Of a DNA stretch of 64,000 bases, positions 1 to 12,710 are shown piece after piece. The notes beneath the pieces were generated by a model that made no database searches, had not been told where the DNA came from, and worked only from the letters and a program-made list of their open reading frames with translations. Where the stretch lies: the NCBI RefSeq assembly GCF_963921235.1, contig NC_086108.1:59088001-59152000 (forward strand). Direction: 5' to 3'. Made by a program: the position numbers and the translations under genes. Each line of letters begins with the position of its first letter. The first letter of the stretch is position 1. Origin of the DNA: Mobula hypostoma. Lineage: Eukaryota.

Positions 1-261
1 ATTCATGCTCAAGGATCCAGTTAGGAAACCCTCAGCTCATATGTTGAAAAACCACCCTTGCACAAAATCTGTACAATGCTGATAAAGCACATAGCAGTGT
101 AGTCAATTCAATCACTGAAACAAACAAGAGGATGTGCCTTGCACTCAATATTTGCATAACAAAGATGATTGACCAACCTACTCTCACTGGACAGCACCAC
201 TCTCTGACAACAAAGACTCATAGCAAGATCCCCTAATATGCAGACCAACATGAACCATCTT

Positions 262-434
262 TTCTTTTTCAATATTTTTATTAATTACTTGCATAGACAA
301 AAACAAAATACATTATGAATTATGGAAACAGAAACAAGATTGAAATGTCCCATAACTATGTATAGTACAAGGTATATTTTATTCTAATCTAAAGCAAAAT
401 CAAAACCCCAAAACAAAACAAAACAAAAAAAAAA
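262..434 (-). mobile_element. Short 3' tail of a LINE (L1/Tx1-like) with A-rich end
   Basis: 10-bp direct repeat GAACCATCTT at 252-261 and 435-444; the minus strand ends AATAAAAATATTGAAAAAGAAAA. Confidence 0.6.
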
Positions 435-1326
435 GAACCATCTTAAGAGGTATCTTTTAGCAAAGGCAAGGCAGATGTTACTGATAAAATTCATCACAGC
501 TTTAAGTCATCAGAGGAATATAATATTCGAAAGTCAAAACTACAAGCTTCATGCAAAACTCATGGATAAATAGCAGCTGTGATCTTTGTCCTCCAGAATG
601 ATTCTGAAATTTGGACCATCTGCAGAAGGTAGATCACAGCACGACGGAGATAATACCAGTGCTATCTCTGAAAATTTGTCCCATCTACAGTCCGTATCCT
701 CTGTAAATATATTTAGCATTGAGTCTGAATGATCCTCATCCAGCTCCACTGGACAGGCCGTGATATTTGCATGCTTGAGTGTCTGTAACAGACACTCTTC
801 TGTGCTCTGTCATGAATAACAATTATGAAGTAGACATGGGAAAAGAGTCAAAGATCTTCTCAAAACTTGGTTGAAAAATGCAACACCCCCATTATCCCTG
901 CACCATGTCTATTCTTAGTGGAAAAGAAACTGAAAACTTCAAGTTCATGCCCCAGCAGCACACAGAAACGCAACGTAACCAGTGGAAAGAGCACACCTGA
1001 CTGCCCACCTAACTCTTCAGGCATTTCCTGTTCCATCTCTGGTAGTGTCAGTGCTTTCTACATTGGCTTCATCAGTCACCTCAAAACTGACAGAACTGGA
1101 GTGGAGGAAAGACATTCTTGGCGGCCTAGGTGGAAGAAAGATTCTAGTCTTTATAGTGATAACTTTACGGAAATTAAATGCAAGTTGCAATGCATAAATA
1201 AACATTCTCATAGTATCAAAGGGTAGAAATAGCCTTCACCAATTATTCTTCTTGAGGAAAACAAGTAAATCTATATGTGCCTGCAGATGAAGTGCAGAGG
1301 GGATGACAGCCAGGCATGATATTCTT

Positions 1327-1362
1327 GGTCCTGACGAAGGGTCTCGGCCCGAAATGTCGACT
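1327..1362 (+). ncRNA. Minimal type-I hammerhead ribozyme motif (stem III palindrome mutated ACGU>AUGU)
   Basis: GGUC-CUGACGA-A-GGGU(CUCG)GCCC-GAAA-UG-UC^GACU. Confidence 0.6.
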
Positions 1363-1430
1363 GTACCTCTTTCTAGAGATGCTGCCTGGCCTGCTGCCTT
1401 CACCAGCAACTTTGACGTGTGTTGCTTGAA
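1330..1430 (+). mobile_element. Miniature PLE derivative (hammerhead plus tail, single arm)
   Basis: Near-identical to the reverse complement of ~43320-43425 of the large PLE; 9-bp TSD ATTCTTGGT at 1321-1329 and 1431-1439. Confidence 0.85.
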
Positions 1431-2094
1431 ATTCTTGGTGTAGCTTTGGCTACTTGATATGTCTCTTGTAATATTTTCACACCCAGTTAAAAAACATTCT
1501 CATAGGAAGCCCCGCATTCTAACTTGAAGCAGTAAATTCAGATGGTGCTTTGAATGTTGCCATTTGAAGTCAGTCTCACATAAGTTTAGTGGTCAATGTT
1601 GGAGTGCAAAAAGAAACATTACAAATTAATTACAAGGAATTATTTTCTGATTTGGTACTCCTGATGTGATTTGTAATTGGCAGCAAAGACTAGAATACAT
1701 CCCCTAATCCATTCTTGAAGAAGTACTATTTTATACATGGCATCTGTATCTGAATTAGTTCTTTATCTACCATTTCCAAGCACCTCTTTTATATAGTTTA
1801 ATTAAAAAGTTCATAGAGGCTGCACATATCTCGGGAAGAGTAAAGTATTGACCAGTTTAGCTCACAAATAACTGAAGTTCTACTTGAGAAAAGTAGCTGT
1901 CGGTTTCCCTTCCAATGATACACAACAGGTACATAACTGGAAACCAGGCATTAGTCATATTTCCAGATGGTTAAAAAATTAGTTACAAATAATAAGTGAT
2001 TGCAAAATCTATTGGCAATGATTATAACTCTCTCTTTAAAATGTAACAATACCTTTGTCATCTTCTAAGCTTAAACAAGAAACAAGACCATTAT

Positions 2095-2190
2095 AAAACT
2101 GTAGATGCTAGAGGTCAGACAGCATCTGAGTGAGAATCAGAATTCAAGTTTCGGGTCAGTGATCCTTCACCAGAACTGGGAAACTGTGAA
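2095..2190 (-). mobile_element. Old degenerate PLE tail/hammerhead relic
   Basis: Minus strand reads ttCTGGTGAaggatcactgaccCGAAAc followed by a gatgctgtctgacc...agcatctacag tail resembling the younger copies. Confidence 0.45.
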
Positions 2191-3487
2191 AACAGGTGTT
2201 TTTTATTCCTGGGAGAGGCAGGGCAGGGAAGAACAAAGGGATACAAGTGATACAGCGGAGGTCAAGGTTGTCCAGATGACACATCCAATGAAGGCCATCT
2301 ACAGAGTCAGAATTTCTTTCAAATTGAAACTGGAAGCATGCTGCAGTTATTCAGTGTTATTATTTTACCAAAACTGACTTGCCTAGGATTGTTCAAAGAC
2401 CTACAGCACCCTAATAAGTTGCGTCTGGGTTCTTTATATTCATCTCCTCATTATTATAGAAGAAATTCATTCTGGTACTAGAGGCAGTGCTAAAGACTAG
2501 AAAAAACTAAAGCCTCTGGTATCAGAAAGAAACACTGTGCTAAATAGCATACACAGGGATAACTAGTAAGCATAACTTCCTGATAAACACTGGCACTTCC
2601 AAATTAATTACATTTTCCCACATCTACAGCAGCCAGAAGATTTACCATTGTTGTACACGTACGTGAATCGACAATTGTGCTCTAATGTTTAACTCTTCAT
2701 TGTGAAATATATCTGCTGATTCATCTAGTGACTCAATTCAATGAAGAAGAACAGCTGGTGGGGTGTCCAATTATAGATAATAAATATTTTTTGAAATGAG
2801 TTAACAAACCCAATTAAGATTTTTGTTTATTTAATTTGTTAAAGCATTTTAATTTTAAAGCGTGATTTAAAAACAATGGCCTCATTTATTGTTATATTTT
2901 TGATGTAAGTTTGACGGACATTCACGGACATTCAATTTTTTTTGACAACACCTAAGACCTGGAGTATGATTGAACTGGTGAGGTGTTTGTCTGAGCAGTG
3001 AAGCTTCATCTATCAAATTACAGCTGGCTTTGGGGATCAAGCTAAGTCTGCTTCTGGGAACTGCAGTTCTAGAATAATACATACAAAATGCTGGAGGAAT
3101 GCTTCCAGCTGCAGTTCTAACTATTAGGGGTGTGGGAATTGTGGGCAGGAAATACAAGTTGTTCTCTGCTCCTTAGAACATTCCACTCATCCATGTCACT
3201 TAACGTTGCTGGGAGTATAAGGTCAAACACACACTTTGGACTGCATTAGTAGTAGGATAAGACTTCTTAATCAAGTTTTGGTAACCATACTTTCTATTGC
3301 CTAGAACCAAGCTCTGGAAATCCCTTTCTCAATTTTATATTTCTCACCTAATGTAGATCAGAGTCTTATTTTGTTTGCATGTGGAACATGTCATGGCAGG
3401 AAATACGTCAGTAAACATTGTTAATGGAGACAAATTTAGTATAGTTATCAGGAAGTAGTTCTTCATACAATGGATAATCAAAAATTA

Positions 3488-4781
3488 CATTGGTGACTGG
3501 GAGTGCCTTAGAGGAGTCTCCACCGTCCAACATTCTGGCCATCATGCCATCATGGAACTTGTGTATCATCTGAATGAATTTGGCAGGGCAGCTGAACATG
3601 ATCCTCCACAGTGTCGGCAGACAGTGTCGAAGGCTTTCGTGAGGTCAACAAATGTTGTGTAGAGTTCGCGATTCTGCTTCTGACACTTCTCCTGAAGTTG
3701 GCGCGCAGCAAAAATCATGTCAATAGTCCCACAACCTTTGCGAAAGCCACACTGTGACTTTGGCAGCAGGCCCAGCTCCAGCTGAGTGACCAGGCGATTT
3801 AGTAGAACTCTTGCAAGGGTTTTTCCTGCAATGGAGAGCAGCAAGATTCCTCGGTGGTTGTCGCATGCTTGATGATTGCCCTTCCTCTTGTAGAGGTGTA
3901 TGATTGCTGCAACTTTAAGTTCCTGAGGAATGGATCCTTGCTTCCAAAAAGACTGGAACAACTCGGTGAGCTTCTCTATAAGTACAGGACCACCGGCTTT
4001 GTAGATCTCTGCAAGTATGGTGTCTGCCCCTGGGGCTTTACCGCTGGATAGCTGGCTGACAGCTTCCGTGCCTTCGGCTACTACCGGTGGGTCATCCATG
4101 GCGCTGTTGATGTCCACCTGGGGAAACTTGTCTATTGCCTCATTGTTAATAGGTGACGGTCAGTTGAGGACAGCTTCAAAGCTTTCAGCCCATCTCTGCA
4201 GGATCTGAGCCTTCCCTGTAATGAGAGTTGTACCATCTATACTCAGGAGGGGGGAGCTTCCAAGAGACTGAGGTCCATAGAGAGTGTTGAGGGCTTCATA
4301 GAATTGTTTCAAGCTGTTTCTGTCAGTGTATCCCTGTATTTCATCTGTCTTGGTACTCAGCCAGGCATCTTACATCTTGCTGGATGAACGCATACCCAAG
4401 CAGCTCCTCTTTGGGGAACTCTCTGCTGGAAGACGCTCGCACGGAAGGCAGAAGAAACGGTACAAAGACATACTAAAGGCCTCCCTGTAGTCATTTGACA
4501 TAGACATGACCTCCTGGGAAATGCTGGCACAAAACTGCCCTACCTGGCGTGGCCTCATCCACAAGGGCTGTCAAGCTTACGAAGCACAACATAAGCACGA
4601 GCTGCGCAAGTCCAGAGCCACCAGCGCAACAACTGCAGTGCCTACACATGTCTGCCCAACATGTGCAAGAGCATTCCGTGCCTGAGTTGCCCTGACCAGT
4701 CACCTTTGGACACACCGCATCCAGTCTCAAAGTGACTAGTGGTGTCGAGGTCTTCATCGACGACGATGGACAAACCACCAG
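3488..4781 (+). mobile_element. RTE-clade LINE, 5'-truncated with 5' inversion
   Basis: 3488-~4380 encodes RT on the minus strand (KAPGAD, QCGFRKG, FVDLTKAFD). ~4380-4781 encodes the RTE C-terminus on the plus strand (DERIPKQLLFGEL...RYKD, CPTC...HLWTH). 10-bp TSD TCAAAAATTA at 3478-3487 and 4782-4791. Confidence 0.85.
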
Positions 4782-5522
4782 TCAAAAATTAGAAAGAAAT
4801 TTTGAGCAGGTGAGTTCTTCAGTTGTTCCTGTGGCAGCAAATTTTGATTTGGTTTTTGAGTACTGGAGATGAAGTAGGTGATAGCAAAGGAAAGAGCAGA
4901 GAAGAATGGTTCACATCTTGGACAGAAGATGAAAAATAAATGAAGCCTTTCATACAGCTAATACAGTGCCTCCATGGATTTTCATTAACAATTAAAAACA
5001 ATAGAGATTAAATTTACATTAATCAATTCTGCTGGATCAGGTAATATAAATACAGATACGTGTCATTAGTTTTTCAGAAATTTCTAGGCTGAAGTGCTTC
5101 CATGTCACAAAACAATACAATGAATTCCTTGCCTTATTTGAACAGGGTTCCACTTTAAAGAACATCTCATGTGATGGTGTCCTGTTGGTTATCCTGCAAA
5201 CAATATCTGATACTTTTTAGGTATTCAGTATAAAAAAGATCAGTGGTGATCCAGATGTCAAAGACTACTTCTCTTCGGTCATATTGTTTTTAGTTTTGAT
5301 TTTTGCCTATTTCTTCACTTATTCCCAGAGACAAAATGTATTGTTTTAGATTTTAAAAATCACATTAATTATTTTGAAATATTGAAGCTTTCCCTCAAAT
5401 AGTTAGTAATGAAATCTATTAAAGCACTTCACATTGGGAAACTTTCTTGCAGAAAAGTAAACCTCATCTTGCCCGATATTTTATTTATGTTAAACACACC
5501 AGTATGAGTTTTATAATCTTAA

Positions 5523-6480
5523 CTAGACAGCGGGTGACCCACTGGGGCACCTTTTAAGAGAAAGGTAATGCAGTGTGATGTGATGTGCTTCGGAAATTGA
5601 AACAGAAGAACTCAGTGTATTAAAGAAGAAAAACATGTAGCAAGGCAAATATTGGTCCTCCTCGTTTAACGAAGGACACTTTTTATGACCACATTTCTGG
5701 TTGATCTGCCACTCTTCAGGAATACTCTAATGTTTTCATTTCTTTTTCCCTGGCTTAAAGCCACATACAGCCGACCATGCTGGAATACCGGTTTCTCCAG
5801 ATACATCAACACATTCTCCATGGTTTGGTCTTGCACCTTATGTATAGTCATAGCAAAGCATGACTATATCGGGAACTGGCTCTGCTGAAGAGGGACATCT
5901 TCCCCTTCTGATAAATTGAGAGTAATTCTTGGGATCACGACAATGTTATTTTTGAATGTACCAATGTTTATCTTTGATACAATGAGATTGTCGTGCAGGT
6001 CTTCCACCATCATTCGCGTTCCATTGCAAAGCCTTGGTGGATCCAAGTTCCTCATTGAAATGATGGGAGATCCCCTCTTCAATTCCAGTTTAAGTGGTGG
6101 CAATCCAGAGAGTTCGATGGAATCAAGGAATTCTGTAGGAAAATGAGTGGTGTTAGCTCCTTCACTTAGGGCATTGAAGAAGCAGTATTCTTTCATGATT
6201 CCAGGGAAGTGTGTAATGCATGTGAAGTTTATTTTTTGCATCATTTCATTAAGAGGAACCAAGATAGAATTCCTCGAGGAGTTCTGCAGGATTGTTGAAT
6301 GTCGGGTAGATGAAATCAATGCACTCTTCCATAGTTTTTGCCAGCAGAATCATATCTTCAGGGAATTCGATTTCATTGTTTTCATTTTTCTCAATCTTGC
6401 CTTCTCTAACATCCAATAAGAACTGAGAATATCATCCTCCCTCACTCAATCACATGTTTCTCTTCAATTGAAACTTGATG
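5523..6480 (-). mobile_element. Helitron 3' fragment with degenerate PIF1-family helicase C-terminus
   Basis: ORFs 5864-6319 and 5666-5851 give PTEFLDS..SGLPP..L.LK.GSPI..RNL.PPRLCNGTR, QFPI, FAMTIHK.Q, VFQHGRLYVALS. Canonical terminus: hairpin GGTGCCCCAGTGGGTCACC (5551-5533), 6 nt, then CTAG (5526-5523) followed by T. 5' limit approximate. Confidence 0.9.
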
Positions 6481-7852
6481 AAGCTTCTCTATAAGTATGA
6501 TTTTTTTAATCACACCAGTGGTTATAGCCTTGCCCCCATTGTTGCAAAAACACATTAAACTGAATTCAGTACTCTAGTTAAGGGGAGCACAAAGTTAATA
6601 CTTGGAGCCCTTTCCTATGCCTTTCATTATCTCGCTGGAAATGTAAATGAGGCAAATCAAATTTTGTTGACAATATCCTATCTCAATAACTTAAGCTGCC
6701 TGATAAAGGAGGAGTTCGTTATGTGACGGATCCCTACCTTCAAAAAGCATATCACTTAAATATTTTTTGCCATTAATTTAGTGCTTACCAAATGTTAGTA
6801 TATAAAAGAATAATCCAAATATATTACAACACTTTATTTCTAAGATTTTATGATGAGATTATTAAGTCCGGAATTAGAAATTATAGCCAGTTTGGAAAAA
6901 ATAGTCATTGTAATAGCATTGTAAATCAGTGGAGGAAAGGAATTGTATGTCCAAATTCTAAATGAAGTTATGCTGAATCAGAGTTAAGGACTCATCACAT
7001 TTAGTGTAAGGGAACTAATAATAATGGAGAAACTAACAGCCCATTCAGTATTCAATGAGATCATACTGCAATGTCACAGCAAAGTCACCAATTTTCCACC
7101 ACCACATTCCCAATAGACGCTACCTGATAACACCTAGTAGTGCTGGAGGTGGGGGAGAGTAGTCATGGAGGTGGGAGGCATCTTCCTTGAATGAGCCTTC
7201 ATGTTGAGGTCCAGTTTGGCAGAAATTGTTAAATCACAATTGGTTGATAACTGGATATGCCTGTTCTACATGCATAATGCTAAGCAACATCACCAAGCAT
7301 GCTACTGCTTTTTGAAACCCGGTGAATATTGTGGCCAGTACAACTAGCACAATGCATATCATGTTGCATAACAAATATTAAACTGTACACAACACAGCAA
7401 CCAAACAGCAGGACACTGAGATCATTCTTTCCTCTTCTGATGCCTGATAATTGCTTCATCAGACTTATTTATGCTCATTTATTGTCATGCCATTTCCTGA
7501 CACTAGTCTGCTCACTGCCGTAACTGTATTGCCATCTGTCTCTTTCTATCTGTTATCTTCTTCTCTCTGTTCACAGATTACTAGGTTCATCCACCAAGGA
7601 TTCAGAGAATAACCAACTATCTTTAAGGATATAAAAGATTATTCAAATAAGCTTATATTCTTAAAAATGCTGTATTTTCCTCTTAAAAGGACAAATTCCA
7701 ATGCTGACAGAAATCTGAGGAGATGTGGTTATCTTTTCTATATTGATGCAGGAGGTAAGAATACAGTTAAAAAATCAAATGCTGGGTGACAGATAGAAAT
7801 TCATAACTGGACAAACAGGAACTTCCACTATTCAATCATAGAATGTGGGAAC

Positions 7853-8064
7853 ACACACCAAGTGCTGGAAGAACTCAGCAGGTCAAGCAGCATCTATGAA
7901 CAGGAATAAAGAGTTGACGTTTCAGCCTGAGACCCTTCATCCTGATCGGGATCATCTTGACTCTTTATTCTTCTCCACAGATGCTCTCTGACTTGCTGAG
8001 TTCCTCCAGCAGTTTGTGTGTGTTGCTCTGGAAGTCCAGCATCTGCAAAACCTCTTGTGTTTAC
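7853..8064 (+). mobile_element. Palindromic miniature PLE derivative (older subfamily)
   Basis: Inverted arms about an axis near 7950; 13-bp TSD AGAATGTGGGAAC at 7840-7852 and 8065-8077; minus-strand core remnant GATGAAGGGTCTCAGGCTGAAACGTC. Confidence 0.8.
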
Positions 8065-8756
8065 AGAATGTGGGAACCAGTATTCCATGCCTGAAAATAT
8101 TGATCCTGTGCTTAATGGATTTCTGACTTAGAGAACAGACTTCCTTTCCTCAAGAATTATAACTGTGATCTATATGGGTGCTAACAACAATCTATTTGGT
8201 CATGAACATATTACAGATATCAGCTTTTTATGCCAGATTTATTTATTTCTGTGCTGTAGTTTCTATGGTTCTATGGTTCTATTATCTTGAATTTAAATTC
8301 CCCAGCTGTTGTGATAGGTTTCAAACTTGGCTCTTGATCAAGAGTCCATACAATTGGAAAATAGTTTAGTAATTTAATCACCAATTATTCATGTGCAATA
8401 GAGAAAAAAGGAAATATTAATTTTCATTCCATAATACAAACATATGGTAAGTTAGTTTCAATACATTGAACCAGAGATCCATGTGCCTGTCCTGATCAGA
8501 GGTGGAGATGGTCAGCAGCTTTAAATTTCTTGGTGTTATCATTTCAGAGGGTCTGTCCTGGGTGGGCACTGACACTAGACACTATTATAAATACAGCATA
8601 CAGTGCCTTTAGTACTGTATTGTATTATGACATACTTTTGTCAGGCTGGTGTCCAAGGCCTTTTTGGTGAAGGAAGGGAATTGATGGAAGTAATTAAGGA
8701 GATATCATGCCAAGTGCCACATGGAGAATAGGTTTTCAGAAGATATCAGTGGTGAT

Positions 8757-10235
8757 GTAAGACCATCAGGAATAGAAGCAGAATTAGGCCATTTGGCCCA
8801 TTGTCTGCTGCAGCATTTCATCCTGCTGATCCAGTTTTTCTTTCAGCCCCAATCTCCTGCCTTCCCCCTCGCATCCCTTCATGTCTTTACCAATTAAGAA
8901 TCTATCATCCTCTGCCTTAAATACCCGTATATGCAATATCCTGGTTAATATTTTTACTGCTATAGTGTAGGTATTTTAGTTTAGCTGTTCTGTAAGAGAA
9001 GTCTGTTCTGGTTTAAGCTACAGATAAGGAGTTGTGATTTTCATGCTTAGGAATGTAGTGCCATCCAATAGGGGTGGTGGAATTGGAAGAGGTTTCTAGA
9101 GAACGCTGGGCGGAGACCAATACTTCCCTGCGAGAGCCCATTTGTTCAAGATGGATTTCGAGCGACATTTGGAAGGTGGTGTGTGCTTTTACGCAGACCG
9201 AGGGTCCAGCACGTGAGTTAAAGACAACTTCAAGATGAGCTCCAACTTATGTGTACATTTGGACTGGGTTAACAGTAATGGGCCCTTTTTATTTTTTTCT
9301 TTTCTTTTTCCTACTAACTTTTCAATAAAGCTGACATTTGTAAATCTACTTTCGTTATAATTGTATGCGGTGTGCGATCTGCTATTTCTTGCCAACAGCT
9401 AACTGCAGGGGGCAGTATTTACACAGTAGTCACACAGATCAGGGTTTGGGTGGGGGAGACATCCCATCTTCCTAGTCTTGGTGGAATCCATGTCATGCTG
9501 ACACTAGACGTACGGAGTCTGGGAAAGATAGTTTTCTCACCGTTGAGTCCAGTGGCTGTTAGCGAGGGGCTAAAGAGTTGTGTTTCTGGAAGCAGCTGGT
9601 AAAAAGGGATTTCTTATGCATATAGACTTGGTGTCCACAGCTGCCTGTGGCAACAGATTCCACAGATTCACCTCTCTCTGGTGAAAGAAATTTCTTACCA
9701 TCTCCGATCTTAAAGGATATCTATTCTGCCTCTGGTCTTAGACTCACCCACCATAGGAAACATCCTCTCCACATCCACTCTATTAAGGCTTTTCACCATT
9801 CAATATGTTTCAATTAGGTCATTCTTCTGAATTCTAGTGAATACAGGCCCAGAGCTTTCAAATGCTCTTCATATGACAAGCCATTCAATCCTGAAATCAT
9901 TTTTGTGAACTCCTTTTAACCCCCTCCTGTTTCAGAATGTCTTTTCGAAGATATGGGGCCCAAAACTGCTCAAAATACTCCAAATGAAGCCTCACTAGTG
10001 CTTAATAAAGTCTCAACATTACATCCTTGCTTTTATATTTTAGTCCTCTTGAAATGAATGCTAACTTTGCATTTGTCTTCCTCTCCACAGACTCAACCCG
10101 CAAATTATCCTTTCGGGAATCCTGCACAGGGACCCCCAAATCCCTTTGCATATCAGATTTTTGTATTTTCTTTCCATTTAGAAAATAGTCTACCCTTTCA
10201 TTTCTTCTACCACAGTGCATGACTGTACACCTCCC
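8757..10235 (-). mobile_element. Degenerate CR1 LINE 3' portion, interrupted by a solo LTR
   Basis: ORF 10002-10220 (QRDLGV...LAFISRGL.YKSKDVMLRLY); CR1 3' tail at 8757-8927 resumes at 9625. Confidence 0.8.
8932..9620 (+). mobile_element. Solo LTR (probably Ty3/gypsy type)
   Basis: TG...CA termini flanked by TATA (8928-8931, 9621-9624); interrupts a contiguous CR1 tail; CCAAT near 9065 and AATAAA near 9325. Confidence 0.6.
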
Positions 10236-11689
10236 ATGGATACCACCCTTTAAGGTCTAAGATTACATATTAAGGGAGACACTGAGAACTCAGTGCAGCT
10301 ACAACAAGGGTTCTGTGGGGAAAAAGCAACAAGTCAAGGCCTTGTGGTGTTGGAATCGATGCAAAAACCCCTCAGGCAGTTTGGCCTTGGAATACATATG
10401 AAAGAACAAGTGATGTATTCCACATTCAGTATATAAAAGGAATGAATTGATTGAAAATAGGGATATACAAAGATGCCTTATTAAATATTTGCAAATCACA
10501 TCATTAATTATATTTTTTGGGGGAAAGGAATGGTTTCTTAGCACCAGCCAGAAATGATAAGAGGATAATACAATTTCAGTAGATTTTCTAAGAAAACTCT
10601 GTACTCAAATATTTTTCATCATTTTTTAAAATGTTCAGAAACATTTAAATGAGGGATGGATATTCAGATGAGGTAGACTCCAAGCTCATTATTCACTGTA
10701 CAATTCTCAACTCTGTCGTAATATAGCCTCTATAAACATGTTGATTTAAATTCAGTGTTTCATATTAAATTTTGCAAGAAGACAAACCCTCCATCTATTC
10801 TGTGATGCTGGACGTCTAATGATAGGGTATGAATGTAGAAATAGAGAAATTAGAGTGCATTACTTCAATCTAAACTCAATTCATTTTGATTGCCTGAGGC
10901 AAAATCCACCAACAATTTTATATACTGCATTTAAAGCTGAAACAATAAAAGGTCAAAATAATTAGTAACTCTTTTAAGTTCCAAGATCGCAGTAGTAAAA
11001 CTCTATAATAATTAATGCCACAAATAATCAACAGATGCACAAGTTCTCATCAGTATTCTTCATTAATTTTGCTAAAGTGCAGCTCTCTCTATTCATATTT
11101 GTTCAAGTCAGAGTCTAACGAGAGGCCATCAGTTGTTAAATTGATGCATTTCTGGTCATTCCTTTGGATTGCAACCAATTATTTTCATCAAACTAATCAA
11201 TGAATTGAAACATATTGCTCATTTATAAAGACATATTATCTGTCAAAGATAATTCCAAATACTTTTCTTAAATCTCATCTATATAAAACTACAAAGCATC
11301 TTTCTGGCAATAAAATAACAACTTTTATGATATTTTTCTGTACTTAAAAGAATACTGTGGATGGCACAGAACGATCATATCATATCATATCATATCATAT
11401 GTTCTTATGACATAAAGAAGGCCATTTGATCCACTGAGTCTGTGAAAAGCAAAAGGGTACTCCTATTACCACATTAATTTTCAGAATAACTTATTCTCCC
11501 ACATTGCAATATTTGAATTTAAGATTCCAACTGTCGGCAGTGAGCATACACTGACTTGAAATAGATCTGAATGTACACATTCTTCTCTGATAAATCATGT
11601 TTGTGCTTGGAGGAAATGCGCTTTGAAGAATTATTGTACCTCTGGTCTAAGGAAAATACTTTGAGAGTAACATACAACAAAACACACAA

Positions 11690-12710
11690 TTTTAAATCAG
11701 ATGTGTCTCAGTTGTGAACACTCTTCACTTGAGTCAGAAGGTGCTTGGTTTAAGTTGCAATGCAGAAACTCGAGCAAAAATTCAGATGGTTGCAATATCA
11801 TTAGAGACTGCAGCAAAAGATCCAGCAGAACTACAGAAAAGGTTAGAATGTGAAATGCACAATAGGCCCCTGAATGGTGCAAAAAGCCTAAAATGTTATT
11901 GATGTGGCAAATCCTCCATTGATGCAAGTGACTGTTGTTTCAAAGAAAATGCTTGCAAGAATTGTTGCAGACAAGGTCACATAGAGAGGGTGTGCAAGGC
12001 CGACAAAAGCACAACCAAAGAGAAAAACCACACTGGGTGAAAAGTTTCAAACAGAAAGCTATGCAAATGTATAAAGTGACCGAATGAGAAACACCATCAG
12101 ACAACACAACATCTGACAAAGGTGTGCTGTCATATCTAGAACTGTACAGTATTATTGAAGCAGATCACAAAATCATATCGATCACAATAAATGTGTCTGG
12201 TGTAAAACTGAAAATGGAGGCGGATACAGGGTCAGTTTTGACTATAATTTCAGAGGCTGACGACAGCAGGCTGTTTTCTAAGCTACTATTAGAGAAGACC
12301 TCAGTGATGCTAAAGACCCACACAGTTGAAAAATGTCTGCAAATGGCAAACTGAAGGTGTGTTATAGAGGCCAAAAACAGCAGTTAGAGCTTTATGTATT
12401 GAAAAGTGGAGGACCAGCACTTTTTGGACAAGAATAGTTGAGAAAAATCCAACTAGACTCAATCAAAGCTCTCAATATGGCATCAACAGGCAACTGCTGC
12501 CCAAACAGTAGCACTAACCAGTGACCGTCACAGATACTTAATGCTAATGACAAGGTGTTTGAGAAGGGAATAGATAAACAAATTTAAGACTTGGCCAAAG
12601 CTCTTCAGGGATGCCAAAAAATTCAAAATACACCCCCAGAGGCAGCGTTACACCCATGGGAGTGATCCTCATCACCATGACAAAGAGTACATATTGACTT
12701 TGCTGGGTCT
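11690..12710 (+). mobile_element. Decayed Ty3/gypsy internal region (gag knuckles, protease, integrase start; RT deleted)
   Basis: Two CCHC-like knuckles (CY*CGK..., CKNCCRQGHIERVC), protease MEADTGSVLTIISE, integrase HPWE...QRVHIDFAG; many stops. Confidence 0.75.

Noticed and set aside
549..1226. Cluster of short ORFs (up to 119 aa)
   Set aside because: No recognisable domain or convincing exon boundaries.
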